In this document: positions 9,174 to 18,412 of the stretch, one piece after another
Numbering within the stretch: the stretch's first letter is position 1
Layout of the letters: each line of letters begins with the position of its first letter
Origin: an uncultured Piscirickettsiaceae bacterium
GTDB lineage: Bacteria > Pseudomonadota > Gammaproteobacteria > GCF-002020875
Assembly (NCBI GenBank): GCA_964647745.1
Contig: CAZYJG010000002.1
Location: 1 to 43,108 of the forward strand
Length of the DNA stretch: 43,108 bases
Direction of reading: 5' to 3'
Program-made: the position numbers and the translations under genes
The notes under the pieces: generated by a model
What the model was told of the DNA's origin: nothing
Database searches by the model: none
The model's input: the letters and a program-made list of their open reading frames with translations, nothing else

Positions 9174-11093
9174 TCAGACGAGTTGCAATCCGAGGACTCC
9201 CTCCATCTTTTCGGCAGTCTCCGATTTTCCGGTTCGGCTGTCACCCACCAGGGCAACTGTAATGCTCACCTCATCCGGGCTGCTATCGGAACGGTCCCGT
9301 TTCTCAACTGCGAGATCCTTGATCAGGTCAATCAGATCCTCAGCGAGGCGGGTAGGAGCCAGCTGCTCCACCTCGTCACGATCATGGTAGCCGCAGCGGG
9401 TCAGATCCTCATCACTGTTATCCTTGTAGACCCCTGCCATCAGCTGACTGAAGGCGACACCGAGGCGAAGCTCCTTGTGCTCAACCAGCTCCTTTGCGGC
9501 CGTGATGAACTGCGCCTCATTAAGCAGGTACTGCTCATAGAGATCGGGGTGGAGAGGCACCCCATCGGCATCACGCAGCGTTGGGAACGGGTTGGCCCAG
9601 TAGCTGCTCTCCTTCGATCCACGATGGGTATGGGTACTGCCGGCAGCAACACGCTCACCCAGACGGAACTGTTCAATCGCCGTATCCACGCTCATATCGG
9701 CATCGATCGTGTAGGCGCCCTGCTCAACCAGTTCGAAGTTGTTCATGTAGAGCAGTACATCCAGGGGATCCCCATTCATCACCTCAATATCCTCGGTAAC
9801 GGGGACAATCTGCCGCGCATTGGAGCCGGTATCCTTGTTGTAGCCGACCTCGCGCCCCACCATCAGGAGTTTGGCCTGCTCGCTGAAGCCATCCAGACAG
9901 GCAAAGGCACCCGTCTCGGTACCATAGAATATCGGCCTGACCTGGTCATCACTCCCCTTCTGCAGAACAACGCGTCCCATATCATCCGCCTTGATCAGCA
10001 TCTCGGCAATATAGGGGCTCTTCTCCTCGTCAAAACGGACGATGTAGCGGGTACATCCACAGTGCAGCGGCAGCTCCCCCTTGCGGATTGCCAGTACATT
10101 GTGGAGGGTCAGAATCGGTTTCTTGCAGTAGCCGAAATATTTCAGCTCGTCACGGTCAGGCACCAGCCCAACCAGCAGCTGGTTCTCCTTGTCCCAGAAG
10201 TAGCCGATATCCTTCGGATCGGCCTCAGGGTCACCAAAGATAAAGACACCATCGGGGCGACGATTCTCCTGGATGTCGGTCACACTGGCGAAGGGGAAGA
10301 GGTTGAGCAGTCCAGGCTCCATCTCTACACTGCCTCTGGACTTGTGCAGATAGGCCACAATCAGCCAGGCACCAACCTGCAACGGGACCGAGACCCAGTT
10401 CTCCGGATCAAAGGTATCGAGGTTCAGCGGGTTATGGTCCAGTTCAAAGAAGGGTTCCACACGCTTGTTGGCGGGTGTCGAGTAGTCCACACCGGTACGG
10501 ATATCAGCGGCAACGGTCAGTGGCACATGAGAGAGCGGAACATAGTCAACCGGAAGATTGAAGTAGTGGCCGGAGATCTCGCCGGCTGTTACGTTGGGAG
10601 AGGCATCCAGTCCATGGGTTCTGCGTACCCCCTTCTCCATATCCACCTTGCGCAGCAGTCTTCTCCGGGTCTGGAGAATCAGCTCCGAGAGTGATGTCGC
10701 CTTCTCGGTCACCTTGTCCTTTACGGAATCGGGTGTCTCCAGTCCGGTGGCAACCACGTCATTCTGCAGGCGTACCAGCCGGGAGTAACTCTTGGAGCGA
10801 AAGTGGTGAAAGGCACCATCGACAAATCGGACCAGATTGCGCGTATGCTCCATCTCCTCTGCCGGGATCTCCTCCTGATCGAGAATATTGAGGATGTCGC
10901 GTGCGCAGACCCCCTTGATGAAGTCTACCTTGTGAATCGCCTCATTCTGGCGACGTTCATCGCGTTGATCCAGGTCCTGGATAAACTCGTTTTTGTAAAT
11001 CTTCAGGTAACGAGAGAAAGGCAGGCTTTTGATCAGCTGCTCGGGGGTGTTGCATCCTTCACGAATTTCTAGAATCTGCTCCATTTGATCCAT
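9174..11093 (-). CDS. uncharacterised cytoplasmic protein, 639 aa, with a C-terminal HPr-kinase-like Walker A motif
   Basis: ATG start at 11091-11093 (a second in-frame ATG follows 3 codons later). Codon usage matches the neighbours. No TM segment or signal peptide. GDSRTGKSE is encoded at 9219-9245, 14 residues before the stop. I recognise no other family signature. Confidence 0.75.
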   Translation of the reverse strand: MDQMEQILEIREGCNTPEQLIKSLPFSRYLKIYKNEFIQDLDQRDERRQNEAIHKVDFIKGVCARDILNILDQEEIPAEEMEHTRNLVRFVDGAFHHFRSKSYSRLVRLQNDVVATGLETPDSVKDKVTEKATSLSELILQTRRRLLRKVDMEKGVRRTHGLDASPNVTAGEISGHYFNLPVDYVPLSHVPLTVAADIRTGVDYSTPANKRVEPFFELDHNPLNLDTFDPENWVSVPLQVGAWLIVAYLHKSRGSVEMEPGLLNLFPFASVTDIQENRRPDGVFIFGDPEADPKDIGYFWDKENQLLVGLVPDRDELKYFGYCKKPILTLHNVLAIRKGELPLHCGCTRYIVRFDEEKSPYIAEMLIKADDMGRVVLQKGSDDQVRPIFYGTETGAFACLDGFSEQAKLLMVGREVGYNKDTGSNARQIVPVTEDIEVMNGDPLDVLLYMNNFELVEQGAYTIDADMSVDTAIEQFRLGERVAAGSTHTHRGSKESSYWANPFPTLRDADGVPLHPDLYEQYLLNEAQFITAAKELVEHKELRLGVAFSQLMAGVYKDNSDEDLTRCGYHDRDEVEQLAPTRLAEDLIDLIKDLAVEKRDRSDSSPDEVSITVALVGDSRTGKSETAEKMEGVLGLQLV

Positions 11094-11319
11094 CCACTGC
11101 TAAAAAAGGAGCTGAATTCTACCATAGATAAGCATGGAAGATGGGGGTTGAGAGACTGGAGGAACAGTGGTCAAGCTCCTTCCAAATGTCTTGGCTCTCC
11201 TGTCTGCGACACGTTCAAGCACTTCCCTGTATCACTCGGCTGTGGGCCTCCCTGCTCACAGACAGCCGCAGATCAGGAGAGCCAGGACATTTGGAGACCA
11301 TTGATGACTCACTGTCTCA

Positions 11320-14300
11320 TTAGCCTCGACCACGGACCGACTCATGCAGCGAAAGCAGTGTCGGGACGAAGAGCAGGACCAGAAAGGTGGAGACGGCAAG
11401 CCCAAAGGAGATCGAGATCGCCATTGGAATCAGATATTGTGCCTGCAGGGAGCGCTCAAACAGCAGTGGAAGCAACCCGGCGATTGTGGTCAGTGAGGTA
11501 AGGAGTACCGCCCTGAGACGCTGCCCAGCAGCCTCTACGATCGCCTCACGGGTCTCCATCCCCTGGTCACGCAGCTTCTGGAAAAATGTGACCAGGATAA
11601 TGGAGTCATTGACCACGATTCCGGCAAGGGCAAAGAGCCCAAATAGCGACAGCAGGGTGATATCCACCCCCATCACCCAGTGGCCAAGAAAGGCACCGAT
11701 CACCCCAAAGGGTATGGTTGCCATCACCACCAGTGGCCAGCCGTAGGAGGAGAAGACCCAGGCAAGGACAATGTAGATCAGCATCAGCGCCAGGAGTCCG
11801 CCCTGCCTCATGTCGCTCATGGTCTCACGCTCATCGGCATTTTTTCCCTCAAAACTGTATTGAACCGGATATTTGCGGGTAATTTTCGGCAGCACCCTCT
11901 CCTCCAGTTGTGCCAGCAGATTGGCAACGTTGAGACGTTCCGTATCCACATCGGCCATGATATTGACCGCCAGCTCACCATCACTGTGGCGCACAACCTC
12001 GAATCCACGCTGTGGCTGAAACTCTACCAGATTGACCAGGGGGATGGGCTCGCCCGAGCTGGAGATAAACATGAAGTGGTGCAGGGATGACATCTTCTTG
12101 CGCTCGCCATCGGGCAGCAGAATCCTCACCTCAAGCTCCTCGTCCCCCTCGTTGTAGATCTGAATCCTGTTGCCATCAAAGGCCGCATGCAGCTGGGTAC
12201 CGATCTCCTGCAGGGAGAGGCCACGCTGATGTCCCTCGGCACTGAGGGAGAAGATGATCTGCTCCTTTCCGTAGGGCATGTCATCCTCTACCGCAACCAC
12301 GCCATCCATTGAGCGCAGTGCATCCATAATCTCGTTGGAGGCGGACTTGATCTCACCCATCTGCTCCCCGGCACCGGTGAGTCGAATCTCGATATCCTTT
12401 CCCGATGGCCCATGCTTGCGCTTCTCGATGGAGAGTGTCTCCAGCCCGGGAGCATGTGGGGTGATTCGCTTCCAGCTGGTGATGAAATCCTGAACCCTCA
12501 GGGTACGATTCTCGGCCGGAATCAGCTCAATGATCATCGACCCAAACTGCTCTCCCGATCTTCGGGTACCGGCACCACGTGATCCGGAGATCCCCCGACG
12601 TGACTCAACGGCGGCCAGCAGCCCACCCCCCAGCTCTTGCTCGGTCTGGTAGAGGCTCTGCTCCAGCTGTTTCATGTAGCGGTCCACCTCATCTCCCGGG
12701 GTGCCGGATACAAAGTCGACATTGGCATAGAAGATATTGCCCTCCGGTGCCGGAAAGAAGCTGAATGAGAGTCGACCGCCAACCACAAGCCCTATGGTCA
12801 GGATCAGCAGACCAACCGTTGTACTGATCACAATCCCGCGGTGGTAGAGTGCCCAGCGCACCAGGGGCTGAAAAAGGTGCGCTCTGAAGTGGTTGAAGCG
12901 GCTGTCCAGCGCACTTCGCATCCTGCCTGCGGATCGGTGCTGTGCGGTTGGCAACAATGCAGAGGCGCGACTGAAGGTGTGTTGCAGATGACCCGGAAGC
13001 ACAAGGAAACACTCAATCAGCGAGGCGATCAGAACGCAGATAATAATGATTGGGATGTCGATCAGGATCTTGCCCATCTGTCCACCGATCAGCATCAGAG
13101 GGAGAAAGGCGGCAATGGTGGTCAGTGAGGAGGAGAGTACCGGATAGAACATCCTCCTGGCCCCACCTACTGCAGCATTGAGTGCCCCCTCCCCCCCCTG
13201 ATAGTGGGTCAATGCATCCTCCCCGACCACGATCGCATCATCGACAATAATGCCGAGCGCCATGATCAGGGCAAAGAGGCTGACCATGTTGACGGAGCCC
13301 CCAATGGCATAGAGGATTGCCAGTGTGGCCAGGAAGGAGGTCGGGATCCCGACAGCCACCCAGAATGCAACGCGCCCATTGAGAAAGAGAAAGAGGATAC
13401 CAACAACCAGCAGCAGACCCCCCGCACCGTTGTGAATCAGCAGGGTCAGTCGCTCCCTGATCAGCGACCAGCTCTCATCAAAACGGTGGATCTCAACCCC
13501 CGGCGGCAGGGTCTCCCTGGTGACCTCATCCATCCACTCAATCATGATCTCTGCCGACTTCAGTGAGTCTGCCTGCTCGGCGCGCATCAGCCGCATCTCG
13601 ACTGCCGGAACACCGTGAAAGTAGAGGTGCGATTCCCCCTTCTGTTCACGACGCTCAATCACGGCAATCGAGCCCAGGGGGATGGACTCCCTCCCCTCCC
13701 GTCCCTGAAAGGTGAGTGCCGAGAACTGCTGCTCTCCACGGAGTTGTCCCGGCGATCGAAGCTGACGGCTGTTGTCCGCCTCACCAACCAGGCCGGCAGG
13801 ATCATTGCGGCTCATCTTCTGGATCTGGCTGCCAATCTGTTCATGGGAGAGCCCCAGATCTACCACAGCCTCCATCGGGACCTGGATTGCAATTTCGGTA
13901 TCGGGCAGCCCATTGATATAGATCTTTGCGATCCCGCGCCGCAACAACTCTCGCTGATAGCCATGGATCAGGGATCGAATCTCCTCGATGCCGTTCTGCG
14001 AGGAGACCACAACCCGGGCGATGGGGTCATGGCGAACGGATCTGGAGATCTTTGGGGGCTCGGAATCTGCCGGCAGGGATCGGACGCTGCCCACCTGCTC
14101 CTTGACCCGTTCGGTAGCCCACTGCATATCGCTGGCATCATCAAACTCCAGAGAGATGGAGGCGATCCCCTCAGCGCTGGTAGAGGTCATCAGATCAACC
14201 CCATCAACCTGTCGGAGCTCCTGCTCCAGTGGTACGGTAATTGAGGCGGACACATCCTCTGCCGAGGCTCCGGGCCACTCGACGCGAACCGTAACCATCT

Positions 14301-14433
14301 CCACAGAAAATGTTGGGAAGAACTGGCGGTTCATATGGGAGACGCCCCAGATACCGGCCAGGATCATGATCAGCATCAGCAGATTTGCCGCAACCCCGTG
14401 TCGGGCAAAACGGCTGATCAGATCACTGCTCAT
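11320..14433 (-). CDS. RND efflux transporter, inner-membrane permease (AcrB/AcrD/AcrF family)
   Basis: 1037 aa. Twelve-TM, two-large-loop organisation with typical RND strings (ALGIIVDDAIVVGE, AGIVVNDSIIL). The start overlaps the adaptor gene stop by 11 nt. Confidence 0.93.
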   Translation of the reverse strand: MSSDLISRFARHGVAANLLMLIMILAGIWGVSHMNRQFFPTFSVEMVTVRVEWPGASAEDVSASITVPLEQELRQVDGVDLMTSTSAEGIASISLEFDDASDMQWATERVKEQVGSVRSLPADSEPPKISRSVRHDPIARVVVSSQNGIEEIRSLIHGYQRELLRRGIAKIYINGLPDTEIAIQVPMEAVVDLGLSHEQIGSQIQKMSRNDPAGLVGEADNSRQLRSPGQLRGEQQFSALTFQGREGRESIPLGSIAVIERREQKGESHLYFHGVPAVEMRLMRAEQADSLKSAEIMIEWMDEVTRETLPPGVEIHRFDESWSLIRERLTLLIHNGAGGLLLVVGILFLFLNGRVAFWVAVGIPTSFLATLAILYAIGGSVNMVSLFALIMALGIIVDDAIVVGEDALTHYQGGEGALNAAVGGARRMFYPVLSSSLTTIAAFLPLMLIGGQMGKILIDIPIIIICVLIASLIECFLVLPGHLQHTFSRASALLPTAQHRSAGRMRSALDSRFNHFRAHLFQPLVRWALYHRGIVISTTVGLLILTIGLVVGGRLSFSFFPAPEGNIFYANVDFVSGTPGDEVDRYMKQLEQSLYQTEQELGGGLLAAVESRRGISGSRGAGTRRSGEQFGSMIIELIPAENRTLRVQDFITSWKRITPHAPGLETLSIEKRKHGPSGKDIEIRLTGAGEQMGEIKSASNEIMDALRSMDGVVAVEDDMPYGKEQIIFSLSAEGHQRGLSLQEIGTQLHAAFDGNRIQIYNEGDEELEVRILLPDGERKKMSSLHHFMFISSSGEPIPLVNLVEFQPQRGFEVVRHSDGELAVNIMADVDTERLNVANLLAQLEERVLPKITRKYPVQYSFEGKNADERETMSDMRQGGLLALMLIYIVLAWVFSSYGWPLVVMATIPFGVIGAFLGHWVMGVDITLLSLFGLFALAGIVVNDSIILVTFFQKLRDQGMETREAIVEAAGQRLRAVLLTSLTTIAGLLPLLFERSLQAQYLIPMAISISFGLAVSTFLVLLFVPTLLSLHESVRGRG

Positions 14434-15664
14434 ACTCTACCTTGAGCCCCTTCATTGCATCAGGTAGATGGGTGGTTACAATCCTCTCTCCGGCAGTCAG
14501 CAGGGGGCTCTGGACAACAACCAGTGATTGATCGCCATCACCACCCCCCCACCCCAACATGGAGACTGTAAGTGGGTCGAGTCTCCCGTTGCTGTCAATA
14601 CGGTAGATTCTGTTGTTTTCATAAAGTGCCTCGTAAGGCAGCACCACACTCCCTGCAACACCAGGCATGGTGACGGAAAACTGCAGTGCCCTGCCTGGGG
14701 GAAGGGGGGAAGAGGCCTCGGTAACAACAAAGATCCCGTCAATCCCGCCCACCTCGTCGACACGCCCGGAGAGCAGACGCTCCAGCCTTGCCTGGAGTGG
14801 CACGCCATCCACGGCCCCCCTCATGAGAATATCCTCTCCACGGCTGAGGCCACTGCGGATCAACTGTATGGATGTTCTTGGGAGTTGTGCCCGAATCTCG
14901 ATTGAGTCCGGATCATAGAGTGAGGCCACAATATCTCCTGCACGCACCCGTTCACCCGGGGCAACAGGAATTTGCTGAACAACCGCTCGGTAAGGTGCAT
15001 GAAGGTTCGCCTTCTGGAGATCCAGCCTGGTCTGGGCAAGCAGTGTTCGGGTCTGTTCCCGTTGTGCCTCAAGGCGACGTTTCTGTGGCAGAAAGGCATC
15101 AATCTGCTGTTGTCGCTCGGTGACCCGAATCAGCTGCTCCTCAACCTTTTGCAGTGCCTGATCAGCAGCAGACTCTGAAACCATGCTCCCTCTCTTGAGG
15201 CGGCGGATGCGTTCCAGCTCCCCCTTCCTCAACTGAAGAAGCTGCTGCTCCCCGAGCAGTGCCTGCTGGTTGGAGCGATATTTAATCTCCTCCAGCTCAA
15301 TCTGGGCGTTGATCTCATCAATCTCGGCCTGACGCTGTTGCACCAGAAGCAGGCTCTCCCTTGGGTCCAGTTCAACAAGCAGGGTCCCCTCGTCAACCAG
15401 CTCCCCTTCATGAACCGGGACAGTCGTAACCTCGGCGGTCAGTGTCGATCTGATCTCGCTGAATGTTGCGGCCTCGGTAACGCCATAGAGTGTCAGTTGA
15501 GGTCGATTGAGATCCGGAGTGGCAATAATGGAGCCCACACGCCAGACAACCTCATCGGACTGGATAAGAGGCGGACTCTCTCGGGACATTTTCAGCGCAA
15601 TAAACCCCGATATAGAGAGCGCCAATATCAACAGAGGTGCAAGAAAGCGGAGAATCTTTTTCAT
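14423..15664 (-). CDS. RND efflux periplasmic adaptor (membrane fusion protein, HlyD family)
   Basis: N-terminal membrane anchor, a long coiled-coil hairpin (Q/E/L/R-rich), then beta-barrel regions. Sits immediately upstream of, and overlapping, the RND permease. 413 aa. Confidence 0.9.
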   Translation of the reverse strand: MKKILRFLAPLLILALSISGFIALKMSRESPPLIQSDEVVWRVGSIIATPDLNRPQLTLYGVTEAATFSEIRSTLTAEVTTVPVHEGELVDEGTLLVELDPRESLLLVQQRQAEIDEINAQIELEEIKYRSNQQALLGEQQLLQLRKGELERIRRLKRGSMVSESAADQALQKVEEQLIRVTERQQQIDAFLPQKRRLEAQREQTRTLLAQTRLDLQKANLHAPYRAVVQQIPVAPGERVRAGDIVASLYDPDSIEIRAQLPRTSIQLIRSGLSRGEDILMRGAVDGVPLQARLERLLSGRVDEVGGIDGIFVVTEASSPLPPGRALQFSVTMPGVAGSVVLPYEALYENNRIYRIDSNGRLDPLTVSMLGWGGGDGDQSLVVVQSPLLTAGERIVTTHLPDAMKGLKVEYEQ

Positions 15665-15720
15665 ATCCCTGGTTTGCTGGTTAATTCACAGGTTACTTTA
15701 CCACCAAATGGAACACCCAC

Positions 15721-15752
15721 AAAAAAGGCCTGTTGATATAACAGGCCTTTTT
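15721..15752 (-). terminator. rho-independent terminator (bidirectional geometry) downstream of the H-NS-like gene
   Basis: aaaaaa-GGCCTGTT-gatat-AACAGGCC-ttttt. A perfect 8-bp GC-rich stem and 5-nt loop, flanked by an A-run and a T-run, 30 nt past the stop codon. Confidence 0.8.
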
Positions 15753-15769
15753 CGGATGATGGTGAACCA

Positions 15770-15791
15770 GTTACTGGTTCGTTACTGGTTC
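15770..15791. repeat. exact 11-bp tandem duplication (gttactggttc x2) spanning the H-NS-like gene stop codon
   Basis: Read directly: 15770-15780 equals 15781-15791. The upstream gaaccag (15764-15770) is complementary to ctggttc in either copy. Confidence 0.9.
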
Positions 15792-16150
15792 TCAATTCTC
15801 AGCTTGTCGCGTCCACCATGCTTCTTCTCTGCTGCCACTACCCATTTTGGTGAACGGCCACGACCGGTCCAGGTCTCCTTGGGATTATCCGGGTTACAGT
15901 ACACAGGCTTGACCTTGGCACGCTTGGTTGCCGGTCTTCCTCGCCCTTTCCCCTTTGTGGATGCGGCAAGTTTCTTGACGGTTGCTGCCCCATACTTCTT
16001 GGCAAGTGCCGCCAGTTCTTTCTCAACCTTGGCCTCTGCACTGTTCTCTTGCTTTCTGCGATCAGACTCTGCAGTGAGCTTTTTCAGCTCAGCGGTTGTC
16101 TTCTTGATGGCTGTTGCAAGTCTGGCATCAGTCATTTTCTTCAGGTTCAT
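15782..16150 (-). CDS. hns: H-NS family nucleoid-associated DNA-binding protein
   Basis: 122 aa. N-terminal coiled-coil, K/A-rich linker with an AT-hook-like GRGRP, and the C-terminal H-NS DNA-binding signature (ETWTGRGRSPKW). AT-rich upstream region. Confidence 0.87.
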   Translation of the reverse strand: MNLKKMTDARLATAIKKTTAELKKLTAESDRRKQENSAEAKVEKELAALAKKYGAATVKKLAASTKGKGRGRPATKRAKVKPVYCNPDNPKETWTGRGRSPKWVVAAEKKHGGRDKLRIENQ

Positions 16151-16201
16151 ATATTGCTCTCTTGTTCTCTAATCAATGAATATTATCTTTGCTGTTCCAA
16201 C

Positions 16202-16229
16202 ATTATCTCTCTTCTATCGCCATTGATAA
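16202..16229 (-). promoter_or_regulatory. candidate sigma-70 promoter of the H-NS-like gene (TTATCA-N16-GATAAT)
   Basis: On the minus strand, TTATCA lies at 16224-16229 and GATAAT at 16202-16207 with a 16-nt spacer, inside a strongly AT-rich 130-nt intergenic region. Pattern match only. Confidence 0.25.
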
Positions 16230-16282
16230 TCCTGAAATCGGTACTTAATATAATACGGCAATCAGAAAAAAACAAATTTTTT

Positions 16283-18409
16283 TTATTTTCTTACAGCAGA
16301 TATAATATTCTTCATCCTGAGCAGTTGATCCAGTATTTTTCCAATATTGAACGCTCTATTCAGTTCAACCTTCAGATCAATAAGTGCAATATGGATTTCC
16401 CGGTCGGTTGAGGTGTTTATGGAGTCAATATTGGCAGACTCATTCCGGAACAGTGTTGTAATATCACTCAAGAGGCCGGGACGATCATAGGCCCTGATTG
16501 AGATATTATATTGATCTTTTTCATCCTCAACTGCCCCCCAGGAGACCTCAATAACCCGATCCGACTCAGTCTCAATCAGATGTAGCGCATTGGGGCACGC
16601 CTCATTGTGGATCGTCACCCCCCGCCCCCGGGTAATAAACCCAATGATCGGTTCCGGATATTGAGGGTGACAGCAGTTTGCAATGGTGGTCAGCAGCTTT
16701 CCAACGCCACGAATCGATATCTCCCTGTGTTCAGTGTCGCTTTCAACAGCTGCCCTGGGGGTACCCTTTTTTCTTTTGACCGGTGATGTGGTCAGTGATG
16801 AAATCGCACCGGCAATCTGCCCCGAGGTGATATCCCCCTGACCGATTGCGGCATAAAGTGCCTCACTCCCCTTCTGCTCATAGCGCTGCACCAGCTTTTC
16901 CAGTGGAAGATCGGGCGAGCCTGCCCGCATCATCTCACGCTCAAGAATGGCCCTTCCGGCAACCACATTCTCCTCAAAATCCTGCTTTCTGAACCACTGT
17001 CGAACCCGGTAGCGGGCACGCGAGGTGTGTAGATAGCCAAGATTGGGGTTCATCCAGTCTCTGGTGGGAGCCCCCTCCTTGACCGTCAGAATCTCAATGC
17101 GTTGCCCCGACTGCAGGGGTTGATTCAGCGGGGCAATCTTCCCATCCACCTTGGCCCCCCTTGTTCTGTGGCCCAGTCCACTGTGGATGGCATAGGCAAA
17201 ATCGAGTGCAGTACTCCCCTCTGGCAGCTCGACCACCTCCCCCTCAGGTGTCAGCACATAGATATGCTCCTCCACCATCTCGTCCCTGAACTGCCGAGCC
17301 ATCTCCTCCTGTTCAGTAAGTTCATCCTTCCATTCAAGAAGCTGACGCAACCAATTGATCTTCCTTTCAAATCCTGGGTCATAACGAGTCCCCTCCTTAT
17401 ACCTCCAGTGGGCCGCAATGCCCAGCTCGGCAGCATCATGCATCTCATGGGTGCGGATCTGTATCTCCAGCACACGCCCCTCCGGCCCATGAACAGCGGT
17501 ATGAATTGAGCGATAGTTGTTTCCCTTGGGGCTGGCAATGTAATCATCGAACTCTCTGGGTATATGTGACCAGAGGCCATGTACGACCCCGAGGGCTGCA
17601 TAACAGTCCGAGACAGAATCTACCAGGATACGTACAGCATGCAGATCATAGAGCGAACCAACCGCAACCTGTTTCCGCTGCATCTTCTTCCAGATGCTAT
17701 AGAGGTGCTTGGTGCGACCGCTCACCTCACCATTGATTGAGGCCTTCTGCAGCGCCTCCTCGATGGCCCCTATCGAGTATTGAATATAGGCATCCCGCTC
17801 TGCACGCTTCTGGTCAATCTGGCTGGAGAGCCGCTTGTAGGCATCGGGCTCCAGCGCACGAAAGGCGAGATCCTCCAGCTGCCATTTCAGTGCCCCCATC
17901 CCGAGACGGTTGGCAAGTGGTGCAAGAATATTTCGGGTAAGTAGTGCACTTTCTCTCTGCTGCACCTCACCAATCCCCCCCGGGTGGCGCATCAGATAGA
18001 GGTGGTCGGCCAACTTGATCACAACCACACGTACATCCCTTGCCATGGCCAGCAACATCTTGCGCAGGTTCTCATGGTGCCCCTCCTCCTCTCCACTGCT
18101 CCGGTGGAGGTGTGAGTGGAGGGCGGTCATCTCTACCGTACCCTGGACCAGCCCTGCAATGGATCCTCCAACTGCCTCTTCCAGCTGGGAGTCAATGGGC
18201 AGACCAGAGGAGCGGAAATAGCTGTAGAGCATCGCCGCAGCAATCATCTCATGGTCCTGTGGGGCAATCTCCTGAACAGAGAGGGAGACAGTGGTTGCTG
18301 CCTTTAGCGCCCGCTTCTGCTGCTGCTCAGGAAGATGCTCTCTGGCATGGCGCTGGATCCAGAGTGTTACGGTTTCACTGTCTGTAGGGCGTTCCGGTTC
18401 ATGCTCCAT
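16283..18409 (-). CDS. relA: GTP pyrophosphokinase, (p)ppGpp synthetase I (RelA type, degenerate hydrolase domain)
   Basis: Synthetase-domain strings (GRTKHLYSIWKKMQRK, DLHAVRILV, YRSIHTAV.GPEG...EIQIRT..MH) plus TGS and ACT-like C-terminal regions. The hydrolase HD motif is replaced (AAMLYSYF), as in RelA rather than SpoT. 708 aa. Confidence 0.92.
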   Translation of the reverse strand: MEHEPERPTDSETVTLWIQRHAREHLPEQQQKRALKAATTVSLSVQEIAPQDHEMIAAAMLYSYFRSSGLPIDSQLEEAVGGSIAGLVQGTVEMTALHSHLHRSSGEEEGHHENLRKMLLAMARDVRVVVIKLADHLYLMRHPGGIGEVQQRESALLTRNILAPLANRLGMGALKWQLEDLAFRALEPDAYKRLSSQIDQKRAERDAYIQYSIGAIEEALQKASINGEVSGRTKHLYSIWKKMQRKQVAVGSLYDLHAVRILVDSVSDCYAALGVVHGLWSHIPREFDDYIASPKGNNYRSIHTAVHGPEGRVLEIQIRTHEMHDAAELGIAAHWRYKEGTRYDPGFERKINWLRQLLEWKDELTEQEEMARQFRDEMVEEHIYVLTPEGEVVELPEGSTALDFAYAIHSGLGHRTRGAKVDGKIAPLNQPLQSGQRIEILTVKEGAPTRDWMNPNLGYLHTSRARYRVRQWFRKQDFEENVVAGRAILEREMMRAGSPDLPLEKLVQRYEQKGSEALYAAIGQGDITSGQIAGAISSLTTSPVKRKKGTPRAAVESDTEHREISIRGVGKLLTTIANCCHPQYPEPIIGFITRGRGVTIHNEACPNALHLIETESDRVIEVSWGAVEDEKDQYNISIRAYDRPGLLSDITTLFRNESANIDSINTSTDREIHIALIDLKVELNRAFNIGKILDQLLRMKNIISAVRK

Positions 18410-18412
18410 GGT

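Noticed and set aside
9153-10694. 513-aa ORF on the plus strand, antisense to the 639-aa gene.
   Set aside because: Its composition (L/V/I/G/H/Q-rich, few K/D/E) and frame are typical of a shadow ORF opposite a GC3-rich gene. The minus-strand frame has neighbour-like codon usage (CTG, GAG, AAG, GAT), a proper ATG and plausible protein composition.
11094-11319. Inverted repeats in the spacer between the RND gene and the 639-aa gene. One pairs GCTCTCC+TGTCTG with CAGACA+GGAGAGC across an 11-nt bulge. The other is an 8-bp AAGGAGCT/AGCTCCTT pair followed by T6, just before the ATG.
   Set aside because: The stems are interrupted or enclose 50-60-nt loops. An 8-bp match somewhere in 226 nt is roughly what chance predicts. 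Without covariation data this is not reportable as a structured RNA.
13185-13198. Homopolymer runs inside efflux genes as possible phase-variation tracts: C5-T-C8 at 13185-13198 in the RND permease, C7 at 14544-14550 in the adaptor, and C7 in nagZ near 34454.
   Set aside because: They encode Gly-rich segments (QGGEGA, GWGGGDG, EGGR) normal for GC-rich genes. At 7-8 nt they are shorter than well-documented contingency tracts, and no frameshifted remnants are visible.
15507-16172. 221-aa plus-strand ORF spanning the adaptor gene start, the terminator and the whole hns gene.
   Set aside because: It runs straight through a strong intrinsic terminator and an intergenic region. It lies antisense to a gene with a clear H-NS signature and has an S/F/L/A-rich shadow composition.
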